Shown here piece by piece: positions 31,340-41,283 of a stretch of DNA of 64,000 nucleotides. The translations under genes were made by a program, and so were the position numbers. The notes under the pieces are model-generated. The model did no database searches, had not been told where the DNA came from, and worked only from the letters and a program-made list of their open reading frames with translations. Position 1 is the stretch's first letter. Every line of letters starts with the position of its first letter. The DNA comes from an uncultured delta proteobacterium (lineage in GTDB: Bacteria; Myxococcota_A; UBA9160; SMWR01), in assembly GCA_963832165.1 (NCBI GenBank), contig CAWHTE010000011.1, positions 192,001 through 256,000 of the forward strand. Reading direction: 5' to 3'.

Positions 31340-31422
31340 ATGCACGAGTACATGTACTTAGTATGCACTGGTGCATGAAAGTGTCAACGCGCGCTAGCGT
31401 TCTCGTGCATCGAGATGCACGA
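31340..31422 (-). promoter_or_regulatory. Sigma70-like promoter overlapped by palindromic operators
   Basis: Minus-strand TTGACA (31387-31382)-N16-CATACT (31365-31360); ATGCAC-TG-GTGCAT 31363-31376; TCGTGCAT-CGAG-ATGCACGA 31403-31422; AGTACATGTACT 31347-31358. Confidence 0.6.
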
Positions 31423-31460
31423 ATGAACCGCCTAGGCGGTGGAAGCCGTTGCGCTCGGGT

Positions 31461-31826
31461 TTAGCACCGCCGAGGCCGCTTACGCGGCGCGCGAGATTTC
31501 TTGGACCGGCTGGGAAGCGGCCCGCACGGGACCGCGGAATCGATGGCGTCCTCGAACTCACCTTCGGTGGTGAAACCGAAGGCCCTCATCAAGCCATCCC
31601 TGAGTTCTTGGCTCTCCCGGTATTCCGGTAGGGGTTTCACCCGATCGTTAGCCGATCTAATGTTTCGCTTGCCATAGAGGATTCGGTGGATCGTCGACTG
31701 ATGGACACCGATTCTGCGCGCGATCTCGGTCGTATTGGGAAGCTCGAACGGGCCCTTGCGGAGCGTGCTGCGCTCCTCGAACTGATTCTTTAGGAATCCC
31801 CGGAGCTTTGACAGCCGATCTGCCAT
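31461..31826 (-). CDS. Small HTH DNA-binding protein (Cro/XRE-like)
   Basis: TTEIARRIGVHQSTIHRILYG helix-turn-helix; basic C-terminal tail. Confidence 0.65.
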   Translation of the reverse strand: MADRLSKLRGFLKNQFEERSTLRKGPFELPNTTEIARRIGVHQSTIHRILYGKRNIRSANDRVKPLPEYRESQELRDGLMRAFGFTTEGEFEDAIDSAVPCGPLPSRSKKSRAPRKRPRRC

Positions 31827-31934
31827 AGGCAGAGATTACAACAATCCCCGCGCGCACGGATATGGTCCCCAAGGGCGTCCCCGAAACCGGTGTTACATCG
31901 ACGAGCGGATCTGGGTGAAGCGGCGACAGATTCC

Positions 31935-31948
31935 ATGCACCGGTGCAA
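31935..31948. promoter_or_regulatory. Second ATGCAC-N2-GTGCA palindrome upstream of the HTH gene
   Basis: ATGCAC-CG-GTGCAA, about 110 bp upstream of ATG 31826. Confidence 0.45.
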
Positions 31949-32935
31949 AACTCTCTCGGACTTTTCGAGGCGCAAAAAACTGCGCGCAGGCTGTCGTATT
32001 AGCGATCGATGGCGAATATCTGCTTCTGACGCGCGGTCAGGAACGGATGCTGCCGTCGGAGAGCTTCCGTTCCGGCGCTCGCTGCGGCGGGGCTTGTCAG
32101 TGGTCGGACTACGTATAAGTAACAGTTCAGGTGCGATTGGTGTTAATTCTACACGTGAGTTAGACACGCTAACGACACACTCACAACCCGACTCGCGACC
32201 GCTGGCGCTGCGGAAGCAACCTCAGGGGAGCCAATGTCGAAGATGCGACGACGAGTTTCGAGCATCGGAATTCTGCGGCGTCGTGGATAGGTAGATTAAG
32301 CTGGCTTCTCGCTGCGTCCGAGAAATCACGGCTCGTCGAATGACGCCAACTGATCGATATCCCAAGGTTCTTCCACCTCGGATCTATGCCCTGAGCGGAA
32401 GGAAGCGGCGCAGCTTGCCGGCTTCGCGGTGGCGCTCGCGTCCCGCGATCTGCGCTAGGCGCCCGCGCGGCCGCACGAGCCTGGCCGCGGCGAGCGCTGC
32501 GCACAGCGCGTCGCAGGACTCTGTCTCAGCGAGAGTGTCCGCTGCCACCCGCGCGCGCGACTCGTGTTAGTCCGTCGGCTCGGACGCAGCGTTCCGGGTT
32601 TCGCCTCACTGAGTGCGGAGGTGTCGATGCGGCGCAACTGGATTCGAATCCAGTTGGTCGCTCCGCGCCCGCGGGTGATGCCGGCTGGTGCGGGCCCGAT
32701 CGACTCGCGGCGCCGTGAGCTCGAATCCAGATCGAATGAAATCGCGGGCTTGGCCGCGATGACTCGGATTAGGCAGCCAATCCCCGCCGGCGAGCGCCTA
32801 GCAGCAAGATGGGCCGCGAGCGCACCTGCGGGGACACGCCAGGATCAGCCAGGCGAGACGATCCCGGGCCAGGCCGCGCCTTGGGTGTCGAGGCGTGAGT
32901 GCGACCAGGGGGGCCGCCCGCGGGAACGATGGATG

Positions 32936-34201
32936 CTAGTCCTCGAAGAACTTCACCAGCTGCTCCTCCTGAGCCGCCGCGTCGCGGTAGCCCAGATCGG
33001 CAAGCGGCTCGAGGAAGTCGCCGTCGAAGAGCAGATAGGAGAAGAGATCCGACTCGGCCGTTCGGCCCCCGGAGCGGAGCCCGCGCATTGCGAGCCGGAA
33101 CAGCGGTGAGCGCAGCCCCGCTTGCGGGATCGACTGCAGCACGTTGGCCGCGAGCGCGCCGAGGTCGGCCGAGGGGCGGATCACGAGATCCTCGATCACG
33201 CGGAATTTCTGGCCGCGATGGCTCTCGGATACTTCGTTGAGCCGGTCGAGATAGGTGGGACCGAATGCGGTTTCGCCGTCGCGGATCATCTCGTTCATCA
33301 CGCGCATGCGCGCGATGTCGCCGTCCATGTGGTCGAGCAGGATCGCGTTGAGCAGCTTCCCGAACAGGTAGAACGGGTTCCCATAATCTTCGACGCGGTG
33401 GGTCGCGAGCGTCGCCTCGGTGGCGGCCAGTGTGTGCCGGCGCAGCGCCACCACGAGCATGCGATCGGCGCCGAGCCGGATCGCGGGCGCGAGCGGCGTG
33501 TTCAGGCGCAGTCCGCCGTCGGCGTAGAAGGTGTTCGCGATCCGCACGGCCGGGAAGAGCAGCGGGATCGCCGCGCTCGCGAGCGCGTGCGTCGGGCGCA
33601 GATGGGTGAACTCGGGCACGAGCGAGGGGTCGCGCGTCCAGCCGGGCAGCTCGCGATCGCGCGACTCGAGGAACACGACCACGCGGCCCGTGGCGATCTC
33701 GGTGGCCGCGACCGCCACCGCCTGCACGTGTCCTTCGTTCACGTTGGCGCGGATCCGGCGCCACGGCACCGCGCGCACGACCATGCGCTCGAGCGCGCGC
33801 GTGTTGAGCATCCCGTAGATGCGGTCGGGCACGCTCGCGCCGCGCAGGAGCTCCGCCATCCGGCGCACGCCGATCACGCGACGCGCGAGGTCGAACATGT
33901 CGCGGCGCGAGAACGGCAGCACCTGCTCGATCTTCATCGTGCGCCAGAAGTCGACGAGCTGGATGCCGCGGGTCGGACCCTGCAGCGCCGTGGCGGCCAT
34001 GTAGCAGGCGTGGATCGCGCCGACCGACGTGCCGCACAGGATGTCGAAGGTTGGCGTGCGGCCGAGGCGCTTCGGAAGCTCCTCGACCAGATAGCGGACT
34101 ACGCCGGCTTCGTAGGCGCCGCGCGCGCCGCCCCCCGAGAACACGAGGGCACGGCGGGGCCGACGCTTCGCGTTCGGCTCCAGAAGGGTCCGCTCAGCCA
34201 A
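32936..34201 (-). CDS. Patatin-like phospholipase
   Basis: GGGARG, GTSVG and DGG motifs; start probably TTG 34201 overlapping the efp stop. Confidence 0.92.
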   Translation of the reverse strand: MAERTLLEPNAKRRPRRALVFSGGGARGAYEAGVVRYLVEELPKRLGRTPTFDILCGTSVGAIHACYMAATALQGPTRGIQLVDFWRTMKIEQVLPFSRRDMFDLARRVIGVRRMAELLRGASVPDRIYGMLNTRALERMVVRAVPWRRIRANVNEGHVQAVAVAATEIATGRVVVFLESRDRELPGWTRDPSLVPEFTHLRPTHALASAAIPLLFPAVRIANTFYADGGLRLNTPLAPAIRLGADRMLVVALRRHTLAATEATLATHRVEDYGNPFYLFGKLLNAILLDHMDGDIARMRVMNEMIRDGETAFGPTYLDRLNEVSESHRGQKFRVIEDLVIRPSADLGALAANVLQSIPQAGLRSPLFRLAMRGLRSGGRTAESDLFSYLLFDGDFLEPLADLGYRDAAAQEEQLVKFFED

Positions 34202-34757
34202 CCCGCTCGACGTAGACGTTCGTGCGCGTGTCGACCCGGATGCTCTCGCCTTCCTTGACGAAGAGCGGCACCTGGACGACCGCGCCGGTCTCGAGCGTGG
34301 CGGGCTTGGTCGAGCCCGAGGCCGTATCACCCTTCAGGCCCGGGTCGCACTGCGACACCACCGCGATGATGAACGGCGGCAGCTCGATGTTGATCGGCTT
34401 GCCGCGCCAGAACACGACGTCGACGTCGAGGTTCTCTTTGAGGTACTTGCGCGCGTCGCCGATCTGCTCCTTCGTGAACGGGATCTGGTCGTAGGACTCC
34501 TGGTCCATGAAGATGAACTGCTCGCCGTCCTGGTAGAGGTACTGCATCTTCTTGTCCTCGACCTCGGCCTCGTCGAGTCGCTCGCCGGAGCGGAACGTGC
34601 GCTCGAGCACGCGGCCCGTGCGCAGATTCTTGATCTTCGTGCGCACGAACGCGCCGCCCTTGCCGGGCTTCACGTGCTGGAAGTAGGTCATCACGTACGG
34701 CTCGTTGTCGATCTCGACTTTGAGGCCGTTGCGAAACTGAGAGGTATCGACCGCCAT
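34194..34757 (-). CDS. efp: Elongation factor P
   Basis: HVKPGKGGAFVRTK, KGDTASG...KPATLETG, VPLFVKEGE. Confidence 0.98.
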   Translation of the reverse strand: MAVDTSQFRNGLKVEIDNEPYVMTYFQHVKPGKGGAFVRTKIKNLRTGRVLERTFRSGERLDEAEVEDKKMQYLYQDGEQFIFMDQESYDQIPFTKEQIGDARKYLKENLDVDVVFWRGKPINIELPPFIIAVVSQCDPGLKGDTASGSTKPATLETGAVVQVPLFVKEGESIRVDTRTNVYVERVG

Positions 34758-34828
34758 CGGGGCTCCTGAACGGGGTCGCGAAGTCTAGCGGCAACCCGGC
34801 GGAAAGGCTGGAGTAGCATCTCCCTACC

Positions 34829-35470
34829 TTGAGCCAGGACGTCGAGCGCTGGGTCGCGAAAGTCTTCGATCACCCGGGAGAGGGGCCCGAGTGGTACTGG
34901 GATCCCGACGCCGATCTCGCGGAGCCGGAGCCGTCCGTACGGGTCCATCTGCTCACCGAGCTGTTCCGCGACCCGGAACCGCATCTCTCGCGTTTCTCCG
35001 ACGCACAGCTCGGGCGTGGGCTCTGGTATCTGGGCAGCAACGCCTGCTCGTCGTACTCGCTCGCTCTGATCGACCCCAAAGTCGACCTCGAGGCGAGAGT
35101 GCGCTGCATCGACGCGGTTCCCGAGCTGTTCGCGCGGCTGTTTCAGCCGCGATGCGCGCCGGATCTCTCCCACGGCGTCACTGGGAGCCAGAATCCGCTC
35201 AACACGATCTGTTACATGTGGTGGGATCTCTTTCCGAGCTGGGGCACGCCGAAGAGTGAGATCGACGACTCCGCTCTCGCTGCGATGACGTCGATCCTGG
35301 CGCTCGACTCCCTTGCGTGTCAGGAGTCGGCGCTGCACGGACTCGGCCACTGGCATTCGGCCTATCCGGAGCGCGTCGGGGCTGCGATCGAGGGGTTCGT
35401 GCGGTCGGGCCGGCATCGCGAAGAGCTCGGCGCCTACGCCGCCGCTGCGCGGTGCGGATGTGTTCAATGA
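34829..35470 (+). CDS. Hypothetical protein
   Basis: Plausible composition (LNTICYMWWD, ESALHGLGH); first gene of a plus-strand run. Confidence 0.7.
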   Translation: MSQDVERWVAKVFDHPGEGPEWYWDPDADLAEPEPSVRVHLLTELFRDPEPHLSRFSDAQLGRGLWYLGSNACSSYSLALIDPKVDLEARVRCIDAVPELFARLFQPRCAPDLSHGVTGSQNPLNTICYMWWDLFPSWGTPKSEIDDSALAAMTSILALDSLACQESALHGLGHWHSAYPERVGAAIEGFVRSGRHREELGAYAAAARCGCVQ

Positions 35471-35491
35471 TGCCACCCCAATGGAGGTGCG

Positions 35492-36232
35492 ATGAGCCGC
35501 GAACAGATCGAGATCCGAACCCGGGACGGCGAGTGCCGCACGTCCGTGTTCAAGCCCGACGGGGCCGGCCGCTGGCCCGCCGTGATCTTCTATATGGATG
35601 GGCTCGGAATCCGGCCCGCGCTCTACGACATGTGCGAGCGGATCGCTGGCTTCGGCTGCGTCGTTCTGCTGCCGGACATGTTCTATCGCGCGGGTCCCTA
35701 CGAGCCGCTCGATCCGAAGGCCGTGTTCGCGATGGGCGACTTCCGCAAGGCGCTGGCGCATCTGCTCGGCTCGACCGACAACGAGCGCTCCGCGCAGGAC
35801 ACTGCGGCCTTCCTGGCCCATCTCGATTCGCGCAGCGACGTGCTCGGCAGGAAGGTGGGCACGACCGGCTACTGCATGGGCGGTGCGATGTCGCTCACTG
35901 CGGCGGGCACCTATCCCGATCGGATCGCCGCGGCCGCGAGCTTCCACGGCGGCAACCTCGCCACCGATTCGCCGCAGAGCCCCCATCGGCTCGCGCCCAA
36001 GATGAAGGGCTTCGTCTACGTGGCCGGCGCCGACAAGGACAACTCCTATCCCCCGGAGATGCATGCGCTGCTGGAGAAGACGCTCTCCGACGCGGGCGTG
36101 CCGCATCGCTGCGAGATCTATCCCGATGCGCTGCACGGCTGGACGATGGCGGACTTCCCGATCTACAAGCCGGACGCGGCCGAGCGCCACTTCAGCGAAC
36201 TGCGTACCCTGTTTGCGGAGTGGCTGCATTGA
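35492..36232 (+). CDS. Dienelactone hydrolase family protein
   Basis: GYCMGG nucleophile, SFHGG, HGW; GGAGG RBS. Confidence 0.93.
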   Translation: MSREQIEIRTRDGECRTSVFKPDGAGRWPAVIFYMDGLGIRPALYDMCERIAGFGCVVLLPDMFYRAGPYEPLDPKAVFAMGDFRKALAHLLGSTDNERSAQDTAAFLAHLDSRSDVLGRKVGTTGYCMGGAMSLTAAGTYPDRIAAAASFHGGNLATDSPQSPHRLAPKMKGFVYVAGADKDNSYPPEMHALLEKTLSDAGVPHRCEIYPDALHGWTMADFPIYKPDAAERHFSELRTLFAEWLH

Positions 36233-37089
36233 ATCTCCGGGTAGAGCCCACCGACGCGACGCTCGGCGCCGTGATCACGGGCGTGCGGATCGCCGCGCTC
36301 GACGACACCGAGTGGCGCGCGATCGAGACCGCGTTCCACGAGCACGCGGTGTTGATCTTTCCGGATCAGCACCCGAGTCAAGACGAGCAGGTGGCGTTCG
36401 GGCGCCGGTTCGGCGAGCTCGATTCGCTCGTCGCGAAGACAGGCACCGTCCCGATCAGCAATCGGCTTCCGAATGGTCGGATGCTCGAGGACGCCAACCC
36501 GATCAAGCAGATCCTGCTCGGCAACGAGGGCTGGCACACCGACAGCTCGTACATGCCCGTGTCCGCGCGCGCCTCGCTGCTCTCGGCCGAGGTCGTGACC
36601 GAAGAGGGCGGCGAGACCGAATGGGCGGACATGCGTTCCGCGTGGGACGCGCTCGATGCGCCCACGCGCGAGCGCGTCGCGGATCTCGCCGCCTATCACT
36701 CGATCAAGTACTCGCAGGCGCGCGCGGGCCTGGACGCGCCGGCCTTCGCGTACGGATACGAGATCGAGGTGAAGGACGCGCCGCTGCGCCCGCTCGTGAA
36801 GGTGCACCCGGTGACGGGCCGCTCGGCTCTGTTCATCGGCCGTCACGCGTTCGGCATTCCGGGCCTCGCGCGCGAGGAATCCGAGAAGCTGCTCGACGAG
36901 CTGCTCGCGTTCGCGTGCCGGCCGCCGCGCGTGCTGCAGCATCGCTGGCAGCCCGGCGACCTCGCGATCTGGGACAACCGCTGCGTGCTGCACCGCGCGC
37001 GCCCCTACGACCCGAACGTGCCGCGCGTGCTGTACCACACGCGGATCGCGGGAGATCCCGCGACGGAGTCGGGCCTGGCCCAGCGATAG
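36229..37089 (+). CDS. TauD/TfdA-family Fe(II)/2-oxoglutarate dioxygenase
   Basis: WHTDSSY, HPVTGR, WDNRCVLHRA; TTG start overlapping the upstream stop. Confidence 0.93.
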   Translation: MNLRVEPTDATLGAVITGVRIAALDDTEWRAIETAFHEHAVLIFPDQHPSQDEQVAFGRRFGELDSLVAKTGTVPISNRLPNGRMLEDANPIKQILLGNEGWHTDSSYMPVSARASLLSAEVVTEEGGETEWADMRSAWDALDAPTRERVADLAAYHSIKYSQARAGLDAPAFAYGYEIEVKDAPLRPLVKVHPVTGRSALFIGRHAFGIPGLAREESEKLLDELLAFACRPPRVLQHRWQPGDLAIWDNRCVLHRARPYDPNVPRVLYHTRIAGDPATESGLAQR

Positions 37090-37097
37090 GAGGTGGG

Positions 37098-37481
37098 ATG
37101 CCGCGCTACACCGCGATCGTCACGCTGCTCGCCGTGATGCTGTACTTCTTCGCCGCGACGCGCGTCTCGGGGGCGCGGGCCAGGTACGGGGTGAAGCTGC
37201 CCGCCATTGCGGGTCACCCCGATTTCGAGCGCGTGTTCCGCGTGCACATGAACATGCTCGAGTGGATGCCGATCTTCCTGCCGCTGCTCTGGCTCTGCGC
37301 GATCTACTGGAGCGACGGCGTCGCTGCACTGCTCGGGGTCGCGTGGCTGGTGGGCCGCGCGTTCTACCTCGTCGGCTACAGCGAAGCCGTGGAGAAGCGT
37401 CTGCCCGGCTTCTTCATCCAGGCGATGGCGTGCATCCTGCTCTTGATCGGCGCGATCGTCGGTATCGTCATGCGCTTCTAG
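37098..37481 (+). CDS. MAPEG-family membrane protein
   Basis: FERVFRVHMNMLE motif, hydrophobic helices, AGGAGG RBS. Confidence 0.9.
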   Translation: MPRYTAIVTLLAVMLYFFAATRVSGARARYGVKLPAIAGHPDFERVFRVHMNMLEWMPIFLPLLWLCAIYWSDGVAALLGVAWLVGRAFYLVGYSEAVEKRLPGFFIQAMACILLLIGAIVGIVMRF

Positions 37482-37529
37482 CGCTTGCCGAGATCGGATC
37501 CTGCCCTCACGCGGGTACGGGTTTGGCTC

Positions 37530-37561
37530 TGAGGGAAGTGACTGTTCGATCCCTTCCCTCA
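37530..37561. repeat. Hairpin downstream of the HUH transposase gene
   Basis: TGAGGGAAG-N14-CTTCCCTCA inverted repeat; terminator or REP-like end. Confidence 0.45.
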
Positions 37562-37606
37562 ACGCCTGACAGCCGGGCGATTCGAGCAGGACCATGAGCG
37601 TGAGAT

Positions 37607-38281
37607 CTAGGCGCTCCCAGGCACCTCCGCGGGATCCACCAACCCGCGCCGTCGCCATCCTTCCCTCAAGAGCCAGTACCGCGGTGGCGCCACCGGCCGT
37701 GGGCCTTTCCGCTCCGCGATCGGCGGCGGCCGCTTCCATCCATCGAACCAGGCGCCGGACGAAGCGATGTCGAGCACCACGGGCGGAGGGGCTCCGTTCC
37801 GCTGGCGCCAGTGCTTGCGCGCATTCAAGAGCACGTAGGCGAGCGCATTCCGTACTTCGCGCGGGGTGCGCAGCACGCGCAGGTGATAGCGGCCGAAGAG
37901 GACGGGGCCTTTGCGCTCGAACACACGGTTCACGGTCCGCGCGAGCCGGATCCCCACCGACTTCATCCCCCGTCCGAGCGCCTCCTTGCCGGCGGCCTCC
38001 ACCACCAGGTGCACGTGGTCGCGCTGGATCGAGTAGTGGCAGACCCGGAAGTCGCCGCGTTCGCTGCCGCGGCCCAGCCGAGCCTGGAATTCGCGAAGAA
38101 AACGGCGACTGCGCAATGAGGGAACATCACGCTGCATTCGCAGCGTGATGTGGGCCGGACTGCCGCGCGGCACTTTCGGCCGCTGGACGTGATGCACGGG
38201 CGGCCTCTTCGAGGTCGGCTTGCGTCCCGCGCCTTTGCGCTTTCCACCGTGGCCGCGGAACTTCAGCTCGATCTGCTTCAT
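37607..38281 (-). mobile_element. Y1 HUH transposase, REP-associated tyrosine transposase (RAYT)-like
   Basis: AHITLR, YSIQRDHVHLVVE (HUH), GRYH...RNALAYVLLN (catalytic Tyr); no tnpB adjacent. Confidence 0.85.
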
Positions 38282-38515
38282 GTACTTGAATATAGCTGTA
38301 TTTGTATGTTATTTCAAACGTCGCCGCGAGACCTACAAACAACGCCGACTGGCGCCCCGGCTGCTTCGAATGGCCGATGGAGAACCGCCCCGACTCCTTC
38401 CCTAAGAGCCCAAACAGCGCTCCGAATCTGCTGCGAGGCGCGAGAACCTCCGTGAGAGGCGGATTCGTCTCGGGAGTTGCCTCGGCGCCTGGCGGTACCT
38501 CGGCTCCGGAGCGGC

Positions 38516-39108
38516 TTAACTCGCGCGTCGCGTCCGCGAGCACAGCGCGATCAGGCCGAGTGCGATCAGCAATCCGGTCCCGGGCTCCGGAATCACCTGG
38601 AAGAACGTATTTGGATGATCAGTTGCGCGCCGGGCCCCTCGCTGAGGCCGAAGAAGTAGAGCTCGTTTCCGGCCGCGTCGGACCACTCGATGTTGTAGAG
38701 CCCGGGCGCACCCGCCGTGGCGGTCAGGGTCGCGAGCGTCTGCTCGAGCGGATTCATACCGAGCTGGTTGGGGAAGGCGATGTGGTTGATGATCCAGCAC
38801 TCGCCGGGATCGATCATCGGGGAGTCGGCATCGCACCCGAGGACGCCCGCGATCCAGTCCTCGGAAGCTCCCGTCGTGGGCCCGAGCGAGATCACGCTCG
38901 GATCGATCAGCGCGGCGGGGTTGAACACGAGCGATGCGAACAGCCCGAAATCGGTCGCACCACCGGAATTTCCGACTGTCGTGATCGTGACCGTCTCGCC
39001 GGGCGCGTAGAACGGCTTGTCCGTCGTAACCGTGAGCGTGGCCAGGGCGTCGGCGCGGGCGGCAAAGATCAGTCCGAAAGAGATCGCGAGGTAACGAAAC
39101 GAGCGCAT
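38516..39108 (-). CDS. PEP-CTERM surface protein (frameshift near 38612)
   Basis: Signal peptide ending ARADA; adding one C joins it to QVIPEPGTGLLIALGLIALCSRTRR. Confidence 0.8.
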
Positions 39109-39169
39109 GGCCGCTCCTCTTCGGATACCCATTCCCGAGTGATCATCTGACCAGAGCGCGATCGACGAG

Positions 39170-40189
39170 TCAAGCCTGGGCGGACGACGCCGTCTCGAGC
39201 CGCAGCGAGCCGTCGCCCTCGCGCGCGAGGCCGATCCGGTCGCCCGCGCGGAAGTCGAGCTCGCGCTCGGCGCGGCGCGTGTCGAGCGTGAAGCCGTGGC
39301 GCAGCGCCGCACCGCGGAACGGCACCGCGTGTGCACCGAGGCCGAGCAGCCGCGCACTCACGCTGGCCCAGCCGAGCAGCGCATGGGGCACCGGCAACGC
39401 GCGCCGCCCGGTCCACCGTGCGAGCACCGAGAGCGGAACCGCCTCGCGCCCTGCAACGTTGTAGATCCCCGAGCGGCGCGCGTGCACCGCAGCCTGGATC
39501 GCACGGGCGACATCCTTGTCCGAGATCAGGGCGCAGATCGGATCGAAGCCGAGCGCGCGCGCGCTCGGCGCACGAACCGGCAGCGCGGGATTCATGTACG
39601 CGAAGCCGCCCGCCGCCACCACGGTAGGCGCGCGCAGCAGCACGACGCGCACGCGCTCGTTGTGCAGCTCGGCGTGCACGATCATGTCGGCGTCGATCCA
39701 CGTGCGGATCTCCGCGGGCACGTTCGGGTCGAGGTCGAGCTCGCTCTCCTCGGTGAAGCGGTTCGCATTGCCGGGGTGGAGCTTGTAGACGTACGCGCTG
39801 CCGAGCGCGACGAGGTGGGTCACGCTGGAGACTTCGAGGCAGTGCTGCACGACGAGGCGCGTCTCGGCGGTGCGCTCGGAGAGCCCCGCTACGAGCGGAG
39901 CGGGCGCCTCGGGCGCGGTGCCGTGGCGCGGTAGATGGACGACGGTGTCGATCTCGGCGGCGCGGAACGCCGCAGAATGGAACAGGTCGCTCGCGGCGCG
40001 GTGCTTGGCCAGGTCGACGCGCGCGTAGCTCACGGCGGGACCCTCGCCCGCGAGATAGCGGTCGAACGAGCGCGGCGTCGGTCCGTCGCCGACCGCGAAG
40101 ATCGCATCGACGCGCTGATCGTGGAACATCCGCTTCACCACGCGCCGGCCGATCGGCTCATCCGCGTGGGTGATCAGGACACGCGTCAC
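39170..40189 (-). CDS. Atypical extended SDR / NAD-dependent epimerase-like protein
   Basis: RVLITHADEPIG (degenerate Rossmann), GSAYVY, GFDP, GIYNVAG; GTGA overlap with the acyltransferase. Confidence 0.8.
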   Translation of the reverse strand: MTRVLITHADEPIGRRVVKRMFHDQRVDAIFAVGDGPTPRSFDRYLAGEGPAVSYARVDLAKHRAASDLFHSAAFRAAEIDTVVHLPRHGTAPEAPAPLVAGLSERTAETRLVVQHCLEVSSVTHLVALGSAYVYKLHPGNANRFTEESELDLDPNVPAEIRTWIDADMIVHAELHNERVRVVLLRAPTVVAAGGFAYMNPALPVRAPSARALGFDPICALISDKDVARAIQAAVHARRSGIYNVAGREAVPLSVLARWTGRRALPVPHALLGWASVSARLLGLGAHAVPFRGAALRHGFTLDTRRAERELDFRAGDRIGLAREGDGSLRLETASSAQA

Positions 40190-41283
40190 CCGCGGTTCCG
40201 ATCGACGAGCTGCTGCACCGCGCGGCGCACCTGACGGGCGAGGTAATGCACCAGCCGCGCGTCGTCGGCGCCCTCGGCGCCGAACTTCTCGTGGAACAGG
40301 AGCGGCTCGCCGTAGACGATCTTGTAACGCACGGGGTACGGGAGCAGGCCGAGCGGCCCGAGCCACGGGAACGTGGGAGTGATCGGCGCCACGGGCAGAC
40401 CCAACGCGCGCGCGAGCGGCTTCAGGTTGTAGAGGATCGGTGTCTGGTCGTCGCTGCCGATCACCGCCATCGGCACGATCGGCGCACCCGCGCGCAGCGC
40501 CTGCTCGACGAAGCCGACGTGGAAGTTCTGCAGCCGGTAGCGGTGCGTGATGGTCTTGCGGATTCCGTCGATCCCCTCCGGAAACACGAGCACGAGCTGA
40601 TCGTCGTCGAGCAGGTCGGCGAAGTTCTCGCGCGTGCCGACCACCTGACCCACGCGCGCGTAGAACACGCTCACGAACGGCAGGTCGCCGGCCCAGCGGT
40701 CGACGATCGCGCGCGCGAGGCGCGGCGGATCGGTGTGCAGCAGGATGTCGACGATGCTCATCGCGCCGTCGAACGGCAACAGACCCGCGTGGTTCGCGGC
40801 GAGCACCGCACGCCCGCGCTCGGGCAGGTGCTCGTGGCCATGGCTCTCGACGCGGAAGTAGTACTTGTAGAGCGCGTGGAACCACGGCAGCGCGCGCCGC
40901 GAGACATCGGGCGAGAATCCGAAGCGATCGTACGGGCTCTCGCCCTCGACCAGGTGTGCGATCGACGCGAGCGCGCGCCGCGCGCGCTCGGGCAGCAGGC
41001 GGTCGAGCAGTCCGGTCTCGTCGCCGAGCTCGATCTCGGAAAGCGTGGGCGTGGTGCTGGGCCGCGGCGGCAGCACGCGTCGGCGTTGCTCGGGGCGCAA
41101 CTTCGACTCGCCGCGCACCGCCCGCAGCCGGGGCGACGGGCGGCGCTCGAGCTCGTCGAGCCGCCTCTCGAGCGGATCGGGGAGCGCGGTCTCGACGAAC
41201 GGATCGCGCTCGAGCGTGAATCCCGCGGTGCCTTCGACACCGTTGGTTCCGCCCTTGATCGCGTGCATGCTCGATTCACTCAT
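40186..41283 (-). CDS. Lysophospholipid acyltransferase (PlsC-like)
   Basis: ANHAGLLPFDG, VFPEG, PIVP motifs. Confidence 0.9.
   Translation of the reverse strand: MSESSMHAIKGGTNGVEGTAGFTLERDPFVETALPDPLERRLDELERRPSPRLRAVRGESKLRPEQRRRVLPPRPSTTPTLSEIELGDETGLLDRLLPERARRALASIAHLVEGESPYDRFGFSPDVSRRALPWFHALYKYYFRVESHGHEHLPERGRAVLAANHAGLLPFDGAMSIVDILLHTDPPRLARAIVDRWAGDLPFVSVFYARVGQVVGTRENFADLLDDDQLVLVFPEGIDGIRKTITHRYRLQNFHVGFVEQALRAGAPIVPMAVIGSDDQTPILYNLKPLARALGLPVAPITPTFPWLGPLGLLPYPVRYKIVYGEPLLFHEKFGAEGADDARLVHYLARQVRRAVQQLVDRNRG

Noticed and set aside
26700..32930. Prophage or integrative element
   Set aside because: No integrase, structural genes, tRNA or att-like direct repeats recognised; the short ORFs at 26300-27200 and 31890-32930 could not be supported as genes.
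35462..35494. TGA at 35468-35470 in frame with the next gene (GCVQ-TGA-CHPNGGA-M) as a second Sec read-through
   Set aside because: The downstream dienelactone hydrolase has its own GGAGG RBS and a complete N-terminus; no redox motif or clear hairpin.
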